A DNA stretch of 64,000 bases from Actinomycetota bacterium. GTDB taxonomy: Bacteria; Actinomycetota; Acidimicrobiia; Acidimicrobiales; JAMDDE01. The stretch is from assembly GCA_023489235.1 (NCBI GenBank), contig JAMDDE010000012.1, positions 34,570-98,569 of the forward strand. Reading direction: 5' to 3'. The position numbers and the translations under genes are program-made. This document shows, piece after piece, positions 52,662-61,685 of the stretch. The notes beneath the pieces were generated by a model. The model worked only from the letters and a program-made list of their open reading frames with translations. It searched no databases and had not been told where the DNA came from. The stretch's first letter is position 1. Each line of letters starts with the position of its first letter.

Positions 52662-55187
52662 ATGTCATTATCCAACGTAAGTGGAGGTACCTCTACCAGC
52701 CCTGCTCTGGTGGTTAATGGTTTGATATCGGGGCTCAATACCCAAGAGATCATCCAAGCACTTCTGGAGAGCTACATGGCTCCAGAGACTGACCTGAAAG
52801 ATCAGCAGTCCACCATCAACTCCGAGGTATCCGACTATCAAACCATCAACAAGGATCTTCAAACGCTTCAAACTGCAGCAAACGCGTTGAGCTTGCCGGC
52901 CACCAACGCACAGTCGGCGTGGGCTTCTATGCAAGCAACTTCGTCCAATACCTCGGTAGCTACGGCCAGTGCTGCTCAAGGCGCACAGGCCGGTCAGGTC
53001 TCCTTTGACGTTACCCAACTGGCTCAGGCAAATATCCTGCAATCCGCTGGGGTGGTGTCCTCCAGCTCCGATGTGGTGACTAGCTTGCCCGATTTTCTTC
53101 TCTCTCAGGCTATGCCGATTGGCTTTTCCAGTTTGACCGCCTCCTCCGGTCTTGCGCTCGGGACTCATACTATCGAGGTCACTCAGGCATCCCAGGCGGC
53201 TACCGACACAGGCACGACGGCCTTTTCCCAGAGCGCATCGATAACAATAGGATCCTCCAACAACACTGTAGATGTCACAGCCGATGGTACTGCTTATACT
53301 CTCACCATTGCCTCAGGCACCTATACTCCTGCCCAGTTGGTGAGCGCTATCGACTCTGCAGCGAGCTCAGCAGGAGCTCCAGTTGCAGCAGCATTGACGA
53401 ATACCGATAGCGGTTACCTGGTGCTAGGCACTACCAACCAAGGAAGCACTGCTAGCATCGAGGTAACTGGAGGAACTGCTCTTTCCACTTTAGGGCTCCC
53501 GACCCAGTCCAGCTTGGTCAATGGGGTTGATGGAGTGGTAAGTGTGGACGGTTACTCGCAGAGCTTCAGCAACTTATCTGCCGGTGGAACTCTCACTTTA
53601 TATGCTGGCAGCTCTACTGGCCCCACGATCACTGCTACGGTAGCAGCTTCGAGCAACGGCCCAGCTTCATCCCTACTTCAATCCGGTTCGATCACTGCTA
53701 CAAATGTGAGCACGGGAAGTGGTTCTTTGGCAGATGTGGTTGCCAATATCAATGCCGCGTCTGCTGGCGTTACCGCATCGGCGATCGAGAACAGTTCAGG
53801 CAATTACTTGTTGCAGTTGACCTCTGCCAATACCGGTGTGAATGGAGACCTGACAGTTGATACCCAGGCTTTCAACTCCTCGGCTCTCGGAGATCTGAGC
53901 ACAGTGCAAGCAGGGCAGGATGCAGAGGTGACCCTTGCCGGTGGTCAAAGCTTGAGTTCGCAGTCGAACTCGTTCACTGACTTGTTGCCCGGTCTTACCG
54001 TGACAGCAGTAGGCACGGGATCAGCTACGGTTACTGTCTCCCCTGATGCTCAAGCAGCAGCCTCTGCTGTGCAGGCACTGGTCAATGATGCCAACACCGT
54101 GCTCTCCGACATCAGCAAGTACGCATCTTACGACCAAACAACCAATACTGCCGGCCCCCTGTTCGGCTCTGCCGTACTGACCTCGATCAGGAATCAGGTG
54201 CTGAGTATCTTTGCCGGTGATGGTCCATCCGGTCTAGGAACCTCCAACCTGGCCGGTACTTTGGCTGTGGGTATAACGGTCAATAGCAATGGGACTTTGA
54301 GCTTCAATCAGTCTGCTTTCGAGTCTGCATTTCAGTCCAACCCCTCTCAAGTGGAGGCCATGTTCACCCAAGGAGGGAGCTTCTCTGTCGCCTCGTCGTC
54401 TACGCCGTATGATGGACAAGTCAGCTTGAGCTATGCTAGTCAGACTACCCAGGCCGGTTCTTATACGGTTGATATCACTCAATCTGCCACCCAGGCTCAA
54501 GCCACAAGCACGAAGGTCACCTCTTCGTCCACGCTGGCCGGTGCAGAGACCTTCTCCTTCAACCAAGGTGGAGTAGTCGCCTCCTACTCAGCTTCAGCAG
54601 GAGAGTCTGGTCAGGAGATCGCCAATGGCCTCAATCAAGCCTTCGCCTCCTCTGGCATCAACCTACAAGCTGGCTTCAACTCCTCCGGATATTTGACGGT
54701 TACCGCTAGCGTCTACGGAGGACCTGGGGATTTTACAGTATCCACCTCCGGTACTACCGGTCAGACGGGACTCAGCGGCTCCTACTCTGGACTCAACGTT
54801 GCAGGTACGATCGATGGGGTGACAGCTACGGGCGTGGGACAGGTGCTCTCTGCTCCAGCGGACAATCCTACTCTAGCTGGCCTGTCCCTCTTGGTCACGG
54901 GTACAGGGACAGGGACAGGGACGTACACCTATGCCCCCGGTATCGCTCAACAGATGTCCTCTGCCGCCTATGATGCCTCCAATCCCATCAATGGAACGGT
55001 GACTACCACCATCCAGAATCTCCAAACTCAGTCCAGCGATCTCAACCCTCAGATAAGCTTCTACGCCTCCTTGGTGGCGCAGGAGAAAAAGCTCTTGGAA
55101 CAGGAGTTTGCTCAACTGGAGGCCACACTGGGATCGCTCAAGAATCAAGGTGCCATGCTCTCGGCCTCCATAGCTCAACTGCCATGA
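52662..55187 (+). CDS. fliD: flagellar filament cap protein FliD (unusually long, 841 aa)
   Basis: N-terminus: GLISGLNTQEIIQALLESYMAPETDLKDQQSTINSEVSDYQTINKDL. C-terminal coiled segment: ISFYASLVAQEKKLLEQEFAQLEATLGSLKNQ. The middle is very long and Ser/Thr/Gly/Ala-rich. Confidence 0.88.
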   Translation: MSLSNVSGGTSTSPALVVNGLISGLNTQEIIQALLESYMAPETDLKDQQSTINSEVSDYQTINKDLQTLQTAANALSLPATNAQSAWASMQATSSNTSVATASAAQGAQAGQVSFDVTQLAQANILQSAGVVSSSSDVVTSLPDFLLSQAMPIGFSSLTASSGLALGTHTIEVTQASQAATDTGTTAFSQSASITIGSSNNTVDVTADGTAYTLTIASGTYTPAQLVSAIDSAASSAGAPVAAALTNTDSGYLVLGTTNQGSTASIEVTGGTALSTLGLPTQSSLVNGVDGVVSVDGYSQSFSNLSAGGTLTLYAGSSTGPTITATVAASSNGPASSLLQSGSITATNVSTGSGSLADVVANINAASAGVTASAIENSSGNYLLQLTSANTGVNGDLTVDTQAFNSSALGDLSTVQAGQDAEVTLAGGQSLSSQSNSFTDLLPGLTVTAVGTGSATVTVSPDAQAAASAVQALVNDANTVLSDISKYASYDQTTNTAGPLFGSAVLTSIRNQVLSIFAGDGPSGLGTSNLAGTLAVGITVNSNGTLSFNQSAFESAFQSNPSQVEAMFTQGGSFSVASSSTPYDGQVSLSYASQTTQAGSYTVDITQSATQAQATSTKVTSSSTLAGAETFSFNQGGVVASYSASAGESGQEIANGLNQAFASSGINLQAGFNSSGYLTVTASVYGGPGDFTVSTSGTTGQTGLSGSYSGLNVAGTIDGVTATGVGQVLSAPADNPTLAGLSLLVTGTGTGTGTYTYAPGIAQQMSSAAYDASNPINGTVTTTIQNLQTQSSDLNPQISFYASLVAQEKKLLEQEFAQLEATLGSLKNQGAMLSASIAQLP

Positions 55188-55307
55188 TGGACTTGCTGTG
55201 TTGCCCAAGGAAGAGGACCGCTTACTATAGCCTCGACGTTTATGCCCCTGCAGCCATGTCTTCCGTACAATCCTTTTTGGAGCGGAACTGAATACGAGGT
55301 CATCGAG

Positions 55308-55706
55308 GTGGTATTCGAAGGACATCCCAATGCACAATCCTTACGGGAGAGGTATCTAGCTGACTCGATCACTACTGCCAGCCCTAATCAACTGGTAACC
55401 ATGTTGTACGATGCCTTGATCTTGGACATGCAGCGAGCAGAGAGTGGCTTTGCCTCCAATGACCTTGTGGCAATCAACGATTCACTCGTCCACGCCCAGC
55501 AGATCATAAGAGCATTACGCTCCTCTCTCAGGTTGGATGCCTGGGAAGGAGCGGAACGTCTGGCATCTCTGTACGATTACTTGTACATGGAGCTCATTCA
55601 AGCCAACGTGGCGAAGGATCGTGTCAGAGCCAGGACATGCGCCTCCATGATCTCTGCCTTAGCCGATGCTTGGCACAAGGCTGCAGAGACAGTGCAGTCT
55701 ACTTGA
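55308..55706 (+). CDS. fliS: flagellin-specific chaperone FliS
   Basis: ITTASPNQLVTMLYDALILDM... matches the FliS N-terminal helix pattern. The GTG at 55308 has a GAGG SD and gives a typical 132-aa product. The ORF-track ATG at 55242 would add 22 non-conserved residues. Confidence 0.8.
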   Translation: MVFEGHPNAQSLRERYLADSITTASPNQLVTMLYDALILDMQRAESGFASNDLVAINDSLVHAQQIIRALRSSLRLDAWEGAERLASLYDYLYMELIQANVAKDRVRARTCASMISALADAWHKAAETVQST

Positions 55707-55751
55707 GGAAGATTGGTTCAAACTCGAGTGATCTCGTAGAGAGGGAACGAA

Positions 55752-56036
55752 GTGGGATGGGAAGAGGTACTGGAAGAGATGAGCAGTTGGGTCGAATCGT
55801 GCCAGGCTGCTCTGGCTAGCCACACAGGTTATCCACTGCCGTACCTACCTCCCTCTCCAGATGCCCTCGGCAAGTTACCCGAGGAGCTGCGAGAAAAGGC
55901 AAGCCGTTTGCTCTCTTCTATCCAAGTACTGGAGAGACAGGTTGTTGAACGAAGAGGAGCAGTAGTGGAAACCCTGGCAGCTCTTTCCCGACAACGGGAT
56001 AATTCACTCCCTCTTTACCTGGACGAACACACCTGA
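55752..56036 (+). CDS. hypothetical helical protein downstream of fliS
   Basis: 94-aa ORF with a GTG start preceded by GAGAGGGA. It is predicted helical (LEEMSSWVESCQAAL..., LRELREKASRLLSSIQVLERQVVERR...). I recognise no family. Its position resembles fliT or other small flagellar chaperone genes. Confidence 0.45.
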   Translation: MGWEEVLEEMSSWVESCQAALASHTGYPLPYLPPSPDALGKLPEELREKASRLLSSIQVLERQVVERRGAVVETLAALSRQRDNSLPLYLDEHT

Positions 56037-56094
56037 GGAGAGCTAGAGCTGGGAGGTACTGATTGGGTCGAGGTGGAATCTCTGCAAGCTACCT

Positions 56095-57000
56095 TCATGG
56101 CTTACGAGCGAGTACTACTACCTGAGCATTGGACTGGAACTGTTCTCCAGGCTGCTCCAAGGTAATGATCTCCATGCAGGTGTCGAAGTCCTGTTGGCTC
56201 ATCAATCCAGCTTCGAGGATATCCTCTCTGGCAGCTCGCAAGCGTTCCAAAGTGAATAGTCGACTGGAGTCATTGCGTTCCGTGGTCACATGTTGCGCCT
56301 GGGGAAGTATCAAAGTCATCTGAATGTCGAACCCGCCTTGGCTTAGGTAGCTAGAGAGCTTGCGTCCAACATAACGATCCCCTCCGTTGGCCTCCTGCAA
56401 GGCAGTGAACGCCTCGTGCAGCTTGGAATACGCATCAGAGGGTTCTGGGTAGGTGATGGACATCTGGTCATCGATGTCGATGACCATGCAATAACCTCCT
56501 TGCCGTACTACCTCCGCCAACGATGCCGTTGCTCTGTGCGGGTCAGAGAGGTGTTGGTAGACGAAGCGCACGATGGCGAAGTCATAGTTGGCCTCCCCCG
56601 GGGGAAGCGCATAGATGTCCCCAGCCTCGAAGCTGACCTTTGATCCCCCAGCGAAATATCCTTTGTTCTCCAGAGAGCCGGCTATGTATTCACCAACCTG
56701 CAGGTAGCGAACGTTCTCGTCCACAGCAGTGATTTCGAGGGACATTTGGCCGGCGAGTGCCAGTGCCAGGGCTCCGTACCCACAGCCAGCATCAAGTATA
56801 TGCCACCTCTCTTCCAAATTGACCATCCCGAACAGTGCTTTCCAGGTAGGGCTAGTCAGTAGGGCTTGAAGGATCATCCACCGATCCGGGGTGTCCTGGT
56901 GAGTGGCCAGATACTCGGTGAACTCTCGGTCACAAGCTGCCCATTTGTCTTCATCGATGCGCATTGGCACAAGGATAGCCAGTTTTTGTATGTGAAGCAC
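56095..57000 (-). CDS. class I SAM-dependent methyltransferase
   Basis: Motif I is ILDAGCGYGALALALA, with a following acidic loop (ITAVDEN). The start may be the internal ATG 36 nt downstream of the GTG at 57000. Confidence 0.75.
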   Translation of the reverse strand: MLHIQKLAILVPMRIDEDKWAACDREFTEYLATHQDTPDRWMILQALLTSPTWKALFGMVNLEERWHILDAGCGYGALALALAGQMSLEITAVDENVRYLQVGEYIAGSLENKGYFAGGSKVSFEAGDIYALPPGEANYDFAIVRFVYQHLSDPHRATASLAEVVRQGGYCMVIDIDDQMSITYPEPSDAYSKLHEAFTALQEANGGDRYVGRKLSSYLSQGGFDIQMTLILPQAQHVTTERNDSSRLFTLERLRAAREDILEAGLMSQQDFDTCMEIITLEQPGEQFQSNAQVVVLARKP

Positions 57001-57037
57001 GTATCAACAAGTTTCGGGAATGATCTTGCAAAAAGCT

Positions 57038-57064
57038 TAAGGTGCATCTGTCTCATGCCGATGA
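57038..57064 (+). promoter_or_regulatory. sigma-28-type promoter candidate upstream of flgB
   Basis: TAAG-N15-GCCGATGA, ~150 nt upstream of the flgB GTG. Confidence 0.5.
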
Positions 57065-57215
57065 TGAGAAATGAAGGAGCACGGATCGCTCTGATCGCAT
57101 AGTGCCCAGGATGGGCAGACAAGGTGAATCTGCTACAGAGATGCCATGTAGACGACAAAGTATTGTGTCGGGCTTCTCGTGAGGCAGGTTAAAAGTGAGC
57201 GTGAAGAGGTGAGAT

Positions 57216-57557
57216 GTGCAAGACGCGACCATTCGTGTCCTTACATTTGCAGTGGATAGCTTATCCCTACGTCAACAGGTCATTGCTGACAACATCGCCA
57301 ACAACCAGACTCCGGGGTACACAGCAGAACAAGTGAGCTTCGAGAAGAGCTTGGAGCAAGCCATTTCTTCCCCTGGGACGAGTTCGGCTCATGCTAGCGT
57401 CTCCTACTCCACTCTCGCCCCAGGTACGGATGGCAACAATGTGAGCCTAAGTCAGCAGATGGTCGATGCGGAGAAGACGAGCCTTGGTTATCAGACGATG
57501 ATCTCTCTTCTCACCTCCAAGTTCAATCAGATCAGGGATGCCTCTCAGGCGGGATGA
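57216..57557 (+). CDS. flgB: flagellar basal-body rod protein FlgB
   Basis: LSLRQQVIADNIANNQTPGYTA rod-protein N-terminal motif. GTG start with a GAGGTGAG SD. Confidence 0.88.
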   Translation: MQDATIRVLTFAVDSLSLRQQVIADNIANNQTPGYTAEQVSFEKSLEQAISSPGTSSAHASVSYSTLAPGTDGNNVSLSQQMVDAEKTSLGYQTMISLLTSKFNQIRDASQAG

Positions 57558-57638
57558 CAGCAAGGAACAAAGGTTTGATTTGATGCTTCGCTTGCAGGCA
57601 GTAGCGGGCGGAGGAGCGAAGGAAAGGGGAGTGTTTGA

Positions 57639-58043
57639 ATGGGGATATTTGGAGCGATCTCAATTGCGGGGACAGGGGTCGATGTATCCCAGACTTGGCT
57701 TGATACGGTGGCAGGAAATATTGCCAACATGAATGATGTCACTACTCCCGGTTCGACTGTCTACAGGGAGGAGTCGGTGGTGGCCACTCCTTTACCGCCG
57801 ACCAATCCTGCTGGACCAGGGCGAGGAGTAGGTGTAGTGGGCATTGCCCTTGGCAGCGCCAAGGGAAGGTTTGCCTATGACCCTTCCAGTCCCTTGGCCA
57901 ATGCGCAAGGATATGTGGAGTACCCGGCGGTCAATTTGGGTCAACAGATGGTGGACATGGTCATGGCCCAAACCTCTTACCAGGCAAACGTAGCCGTCAT
58001 CAACCATGCTCGTTCCGCTTACAAAGACGCTTTGACCCTATGA
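57639..58043 (+). CDS. flgC: flagellar basal-body rod protein FlgC
   Basis: SIAGTGVDVSQTWLDTVAGNIANMN N-terminus and VNLGQQMVDMVMAQTSYQANVAVI C-terminus. Confidence 0.9.
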   Translation: MGIFGAISIAGTGVDVSQTWLDTVAGNIANMNDVTTPGSTVYREESVVATPLPPTNPAGPGRGVGVVGIALGSAKGRFAYDPSSPLANAQGYVEYPAVNLGQQMVDMVMAQTSYQANVAVINHARSAYKDALTL

Positions 58044-58342
58044 TACCTGCCATACCTCCAATCAAAGGAGCTCCGACCCCTGTATCGCCTGCCACTTCCT
58101 CTTCTGGCGCAGGAAGTTCAGGAGGGTCTACCTTCTCCCAGACGGTAGGCCATTTGATCGACCAGTTGCAGCAGATGGATACCGCTGCCAACACGGCAGA
58201 GGTGAAAGCCGCGGCTGGCCAGGGAAATGTGGCCGATGCAATGATTGCAGCCACCAAGGCCTCCTTGGCCACGCAAGTGACCGTAGCCCTGACCGAGAAG
58301 GCCGTATTGGCGTTCACTGAGATAGTGAACATGCAGATCTGA
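58040..58342 (+). CDS. fliE: flagellar hook-basal body complex protein FliE
   Basis: 100 aa, with C-terminal ADAMIAATKASLATQVTVALTEKAVLAFTEIVNMQI. ATGA overlap with flgC. Confidence 0.88.
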   Translation: MIPAIPPIKGAPTPVSPATSSSGAGSSGGSTFSQTVGHLIDQLQQMDTAANTAEVKAAAGQGNVADAMIAATKASLATQVTVALTEKAVLAFTEIVNMQI

Positions 58343-58368
58343 ATGGTAGTTGGAGGGTGTGCTGATCC

Positions 58369-59982
58369 ATGGCAGTGATAGGGCAGAAGGATGTGGATCG
58401 CTTCAAGGAGAGTCTGAAGCGCTTTGCCAATGGGTTCACCCCTGGGCAGAAGGCTGTTACCCTCGTAGCTTTGGTGGCATTCGTAGTTGGTGCAGTTGTC
58501 TTCATGCGTTACGCTTCGACCCCTAGCTATGCACCTTTGTTCACCAATTTGCAGCCATCCGATGCTGCCGCCATCACAGCTAAGCTCGCTCAAGCCAAGG
58601 TGCCTTACAAGTTGGCCGATGGTGGCTCTACCATCATGGTGCCCCAAGGCCAAGTCGATCAAGAACGAGTCACCCTGGCCGAAGCTGGCCTGCCCGCATC
58701 TGGACCAGTAGGTCTTTCCTCATTGAACAAGGTGGGCATCACCACCTCTCAACTTACCCAGCAAGCCGACCTGCAAAGGGCACTGCAAGGACAGTTGGAG
58801 CGTACCATCGACTCCATCCACGGCGTAACAGGTTCTCAAGTGAACCTGGCTATTCCACCGAACAATCCCTTTGCCCTTGGCACGGCTGAGGCTACCGGTG
58901 CTTCAGTCATGGTCGACCTAGCTCCTGGCCAGTCGCTCTCCACCTCTGAGGTGGATGCTATCGTACACTTGGTTGCCTCGAGCACTCCTGGGTTGAAGCC
59001 AGGTGATGTCACGGTTGCGGACTCCAATGGCGAGCTACTGGCGGGTCCAGGTGTTTCCGAGAGCGTGGCTGCACAAGGGAGCCAAACTCAGCAGTTCGAT
59101 GCAGCTGAACAAGCCAAGGTAGAGGATCTGTTGAACAACATAGTTGGAGTAGGCAACTATGCAGTCCAGGTCAACTCTACGCTCGACTTCTCCAAAACCA
59201 CAACTACTTCCCGTTCCATCCAGACCAATCCTAAAGGCACACCCATCTCTGCTCCAACCTCTACCAGTACGAGTACCCAGACCTTCACCAACACAGGAGG
59301 ATCTCCTGGGGCTGGAGTCCTGGGAGGGGTGACCAATTTACCTGTTACTGCTGCAGGTGGAAACACCAAATACAGCAAGACATCGGGTTCTACTCAGTAC
59401 CAGACCGGTACCACCACTACCGTTACTCATTCCGCCCCTGGAAGCGTTGCTAGACAATCAGTGGCAGTAGTAGTCAACTCCAAGGCATTGCCAGCCGGTA
59501 CTAGTCTGTCTGCTCTGCGCAGCGAGGTTGCTGCTGCAGCAGGGATAGTGCCCACTCGGGATACCTTCAGCTTCAACGCTATGCCTTTTTCTACTGCCGC
59601 ATCGAAGGCGGCAGCGGCGGCAGCGGCGGCAGCGGCAGCAGCAGCGCATAGAGCAGCCCTCTTCTCCGATATTCGTGATGCGATAGTATTCCTGGTCATT
59701 GCTGTAGTCCTCTTCTTGCTTTGGCGATCGGCTCGGAGGGCATCCATCAGACGAGAGAGGGTATACATCCCACCTGAGGCTATGCCGCAATATGCTCTGG
59801 AGCCACCCCCGCCTCCAGCCGTAACTGCTCAAGTCCCAGCAGTGACCCCCAGCCTTGCTGCAGTGCAAGAAAAAGCACCAATTGCTGCGGAGATTGCCCA
59901 GTTCATCGAACAGCAGCCCGAGGATGTGGCCATGCTCTTGCGTTCCTGGATGAACGAGGAGCAGAGAGGGAAAGAGGTATAG
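58369..59982 (+). CDS. fliF: flagellar MS-ring protein FliF
   Basis: YAPLFTNLQPSDAAAITAKLAQAKVPYKLADGGSTIMVP motif, an N-terminal TM helix, and a C-terminal TM helix followed by a FliG-binding tail. It contains a 13-Ala run. Confidence 0.92.
   Translation: MAVIGQKDVDRFKESLKRFANGFTPGQKAVTLVALVAFVVGAVVFMRYASTPSYAPLFTNLQPSDAAAITAKLAQAKVPYKLADGGSTIMVPQGQVDQERVTLAEAGLPASGPVGLSSLNKVGITTSQLTQQADLQRALQGQLERTIDSIHGVTGSQVNLAIPPNNPFALGTAEATGASVMVDLAPGQSLSTSEVDAIVHLVASSTPGLKPGDVTVADSNGELLAGPGVSESVAAQGSQTQQFDAAEQAKVEDLLNNIVGVGNYAVQVNSTLDFSKTTTTSRSIQTNPKGTPISAPTSTSTSTQTFTNTGGSPGAGVLGGVTNLPVTAAGGNTKYSKTSGSTQYQTGTTTTVTHSAPGSVARQSVAVVVNSKALPAGTSLSALRSEVAAAAGIVPTRDTFSFNAMPFSTAASKAAAAAAAAAAAAAHRAALFSDIRDAIVFLVIAVVLFLLWRSARRASIRRERVYIPPEAMPQYALEPPPPPAVTAQVPAVTPSLAAVQEKAPIAAEIAQFIEQQPEDVAMLLRSWMNEEQRGKEV
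59608..59646. repeat. GCN trinucleotide repeat encoding 13 consecutive alanines in FliF
   Basis: GCGGCAGCGGCGGCAGCGGCGGCAGCGGCAGCAGCAGCG. Confidence 0.9.
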
Positions 59983-59998
59983 AGGTGGAGGCGAGGTC

Positions 59999-61000
59999 AT
60001 GAAGCTGACAGGACCTCAGAAGGCAGCTGCCATGTTGGCCCAGATGGGCATGTACGAAGCGGCCAAAGTACTCAAGTCGATGACCGAGAACGAGGTTGTC
60101 GACTTGATGGCCGAAATGGCCAAGTTGCCTCCTCTCTCACCGGAGACGGTGAAGAGCGTGGTGCGCGAGTTCGTGGAGAGAGCTACGGCAAGAGCGATGG
60201 TAGGCCAAGGGGGAGTGGATGCAGCTAGGAAGCTGTTGGTGGAGAGACTTGGTCCCGCAAAGGCGAACGAGGTATTGGAGCAGTTCGCGGTAGCCGATGT
60301 AGCTCGCCCCCTCTCCTTCCTGCAGCGTTTGGATCCGGTGCAGGTGGCTAGCTTCTTGTTGGACGAGCATCCTCAGACCATAGCAGTGGTGTTAGCGCAT
60401 CTTCCTCCGGAGCATACTGCTCAGATCCTGAAGGAGCTGGGCGAGGAGTTGAGGGTAGAGGTGGTGCGACGGATAGGGATGATGAACAGAGTATCACCTC
60501 AAGTGGTAGAGAACATTGCCGAGGTGCTCTCGAGGAAGCTCTCCACTCTAGTACGAGCGGGAGGCGTGGGATTTGCCGTTGGCGGGGTCCCTGCCTTGGT
60601 AAGCATCTTCAACAATATCGACCGTTCTTCCGAGCGCCAGATCCTCTCCGATCTGGAGGAGAGGGATCCCGAGCTAGCCGATGAAGTTCGCAGCCAGCTG
60701 TTCGTCTTCGACGACGTGGTCAAGCTGGATGATCGTACTTTGCAACGAGTCCTGCGGAACGTCGTCATCAAGGATCTAGCAGTGGCCTTGAAGGGGGTCG
60801 AACCGGAGGTACGAGAGAAGTTCATGCGAAACATGTCGGAACGGGCAGCAGCGGATCTAGCTGAGGAGATAGAGCTTCTAGGGCCTACTCGTATCTCAGC
60901 TGTGGAGGCTGCCCAAGCTGGCATAGGCAAGCTGGTACGGGAGATGGAGGCAGCAGGCGAGATCGTCATAGCAAGGGGAGAAGATGAGCTGGTGGTCTGA
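59999..61000 (+). CDS. fliG: flagellar motor switch protein FliG
   Basis: TGPQKAAAMLAQMG...AAKVLKSM N-terminus, EHPQTIAVVLAHL motif, and C-terminal MSERAAADLAEEIE...GPTRISAVEAAQ. Confidence 0.93.
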   Translation: MKLTGPQKAAAMLAQMGMYEAAKVLKSMTENEVVDLMAEMAKLPPLSPETVKSVVREFVERATARAMVGQGGVDAARKLLVERLGPAKANEVLEQFAVADVARPLSFLQRLDPVQVASFLLDEHPQTIAVVLAHLPPEHTAQILKELGEELRVEVVRRIGMMNRVSPQVVENIAEVLSRKLSTLVRAGGVGFAVGGVPALVSIFNNIDRSSERQILSDLEERDPELADEVRSQLFVFDDVVKLDDRTLQRVLRNVVIKDLAVALKGVEPEVREKFMRNMSERAAADLAEEIELLGPTRISAVEAAQAGIGKLVREMEAAGEIVIARGEDELVV

Positions 61001-61685
61001 GTTCTCTCGCTCCAGCGGTCGCCACATGGGGCGAGTAATGCATGCGGATAGCAAGATGAACGTGAGAACGGTGACCCTCAACGGTTCCGGCCTTGATGGT
61101 CATGGAACAGCTGTCGCTCATAGATCTCCCAAACAGGACAAGGTCAGGTCCGTTCAAGAGGATATCCAGAAGGCGTTCAAAGAGGGTTATGATTCTGGCT
61201 GGGCAGCTGCTATGAAGTCGTTGGAGGCCTCCAAACTGGAAGCAAGGGAGCGGATCGCTACTGCCATAGAGGGTGCTGCGAGGGAATTAGCGCGGTCACA
61301 TGCAGCCATGGTCGAAGAGGCCCGACGCGAAGTGGCAGAAGTCGCCTTCGAGTTGGCTCGTCTTATCATCGATAGGGAGTTGACCATAGCAGAGAACCCT
61401 GGTGTCGATGCCGTAGCTAGAGCTCTTGATCTGGTAGAGGAGGGAGAACGGCTCACCATCCGTATGAACCCAGATGAACTGCTTGATCCTTCCGATATAC
61501 CAGTTCCAGTTGCAGGCTGTGAGGTGACGGTGGTAGCAGACCAATCGATATCCCGAGGGAGCTGCATCATAGAGGGGGAGGCTTTCCATATAGATGCATC
61601 CATTGACAGCGCTCTCGAGCGTGTGAGGACCGTTCTACTCGAAGAGGACGTGGAGGACGTAGGGGTCGGTGGGGACGTTCATTGA
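60984..61685 (+). CDS. fliH: flagellar export ATPase regulator FliH
   Basis: FliH/YscL-type central helix (AFKEGYDSGWAAAMKS...EARREVAEVAFELARLII) and C-terminal domain (RMNPDELLD...IDASIDSALERV). The exact start among several Met codons (60984-61056) is uncertain. Confidence 0.8.
   Translation: MSWWSEFSRSSGRHMGRVMHADSKMNVRTVTLNGSGLDGHGTAVAHRSPKQDKVRSVQEDIQKAFKEGYDSGWAAAMKSLEASKLEARERIATAIEGAARELARSHAAMVEEARREVAEVAFELARLIIDRELTIAENPGVDAVARALDLVEEGERLTIRMNPDELLDPSDIPVPVAGCEVTVVADQSISRGSCIIEGEAFHIDASIDSALERVRTVLLEEDVEDVGVGGDVH

Noticed and set aside
54903-54920. (ACAGGG)x3 microsatellite in fliD as a phase-variation switch
   Set aside because: The unit length is 6 bp, so slippage keeps the reading frame. 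It would only add or remove Gly-Thr pairs, so it cannot act as an on/off switch.
58000-58662. 220-aa minus-strand ORF spanning flgC, fliE and fliF
   Set aside because: It crosses three well-supported, translationally coupled plus-strand genes. It has no motifs.
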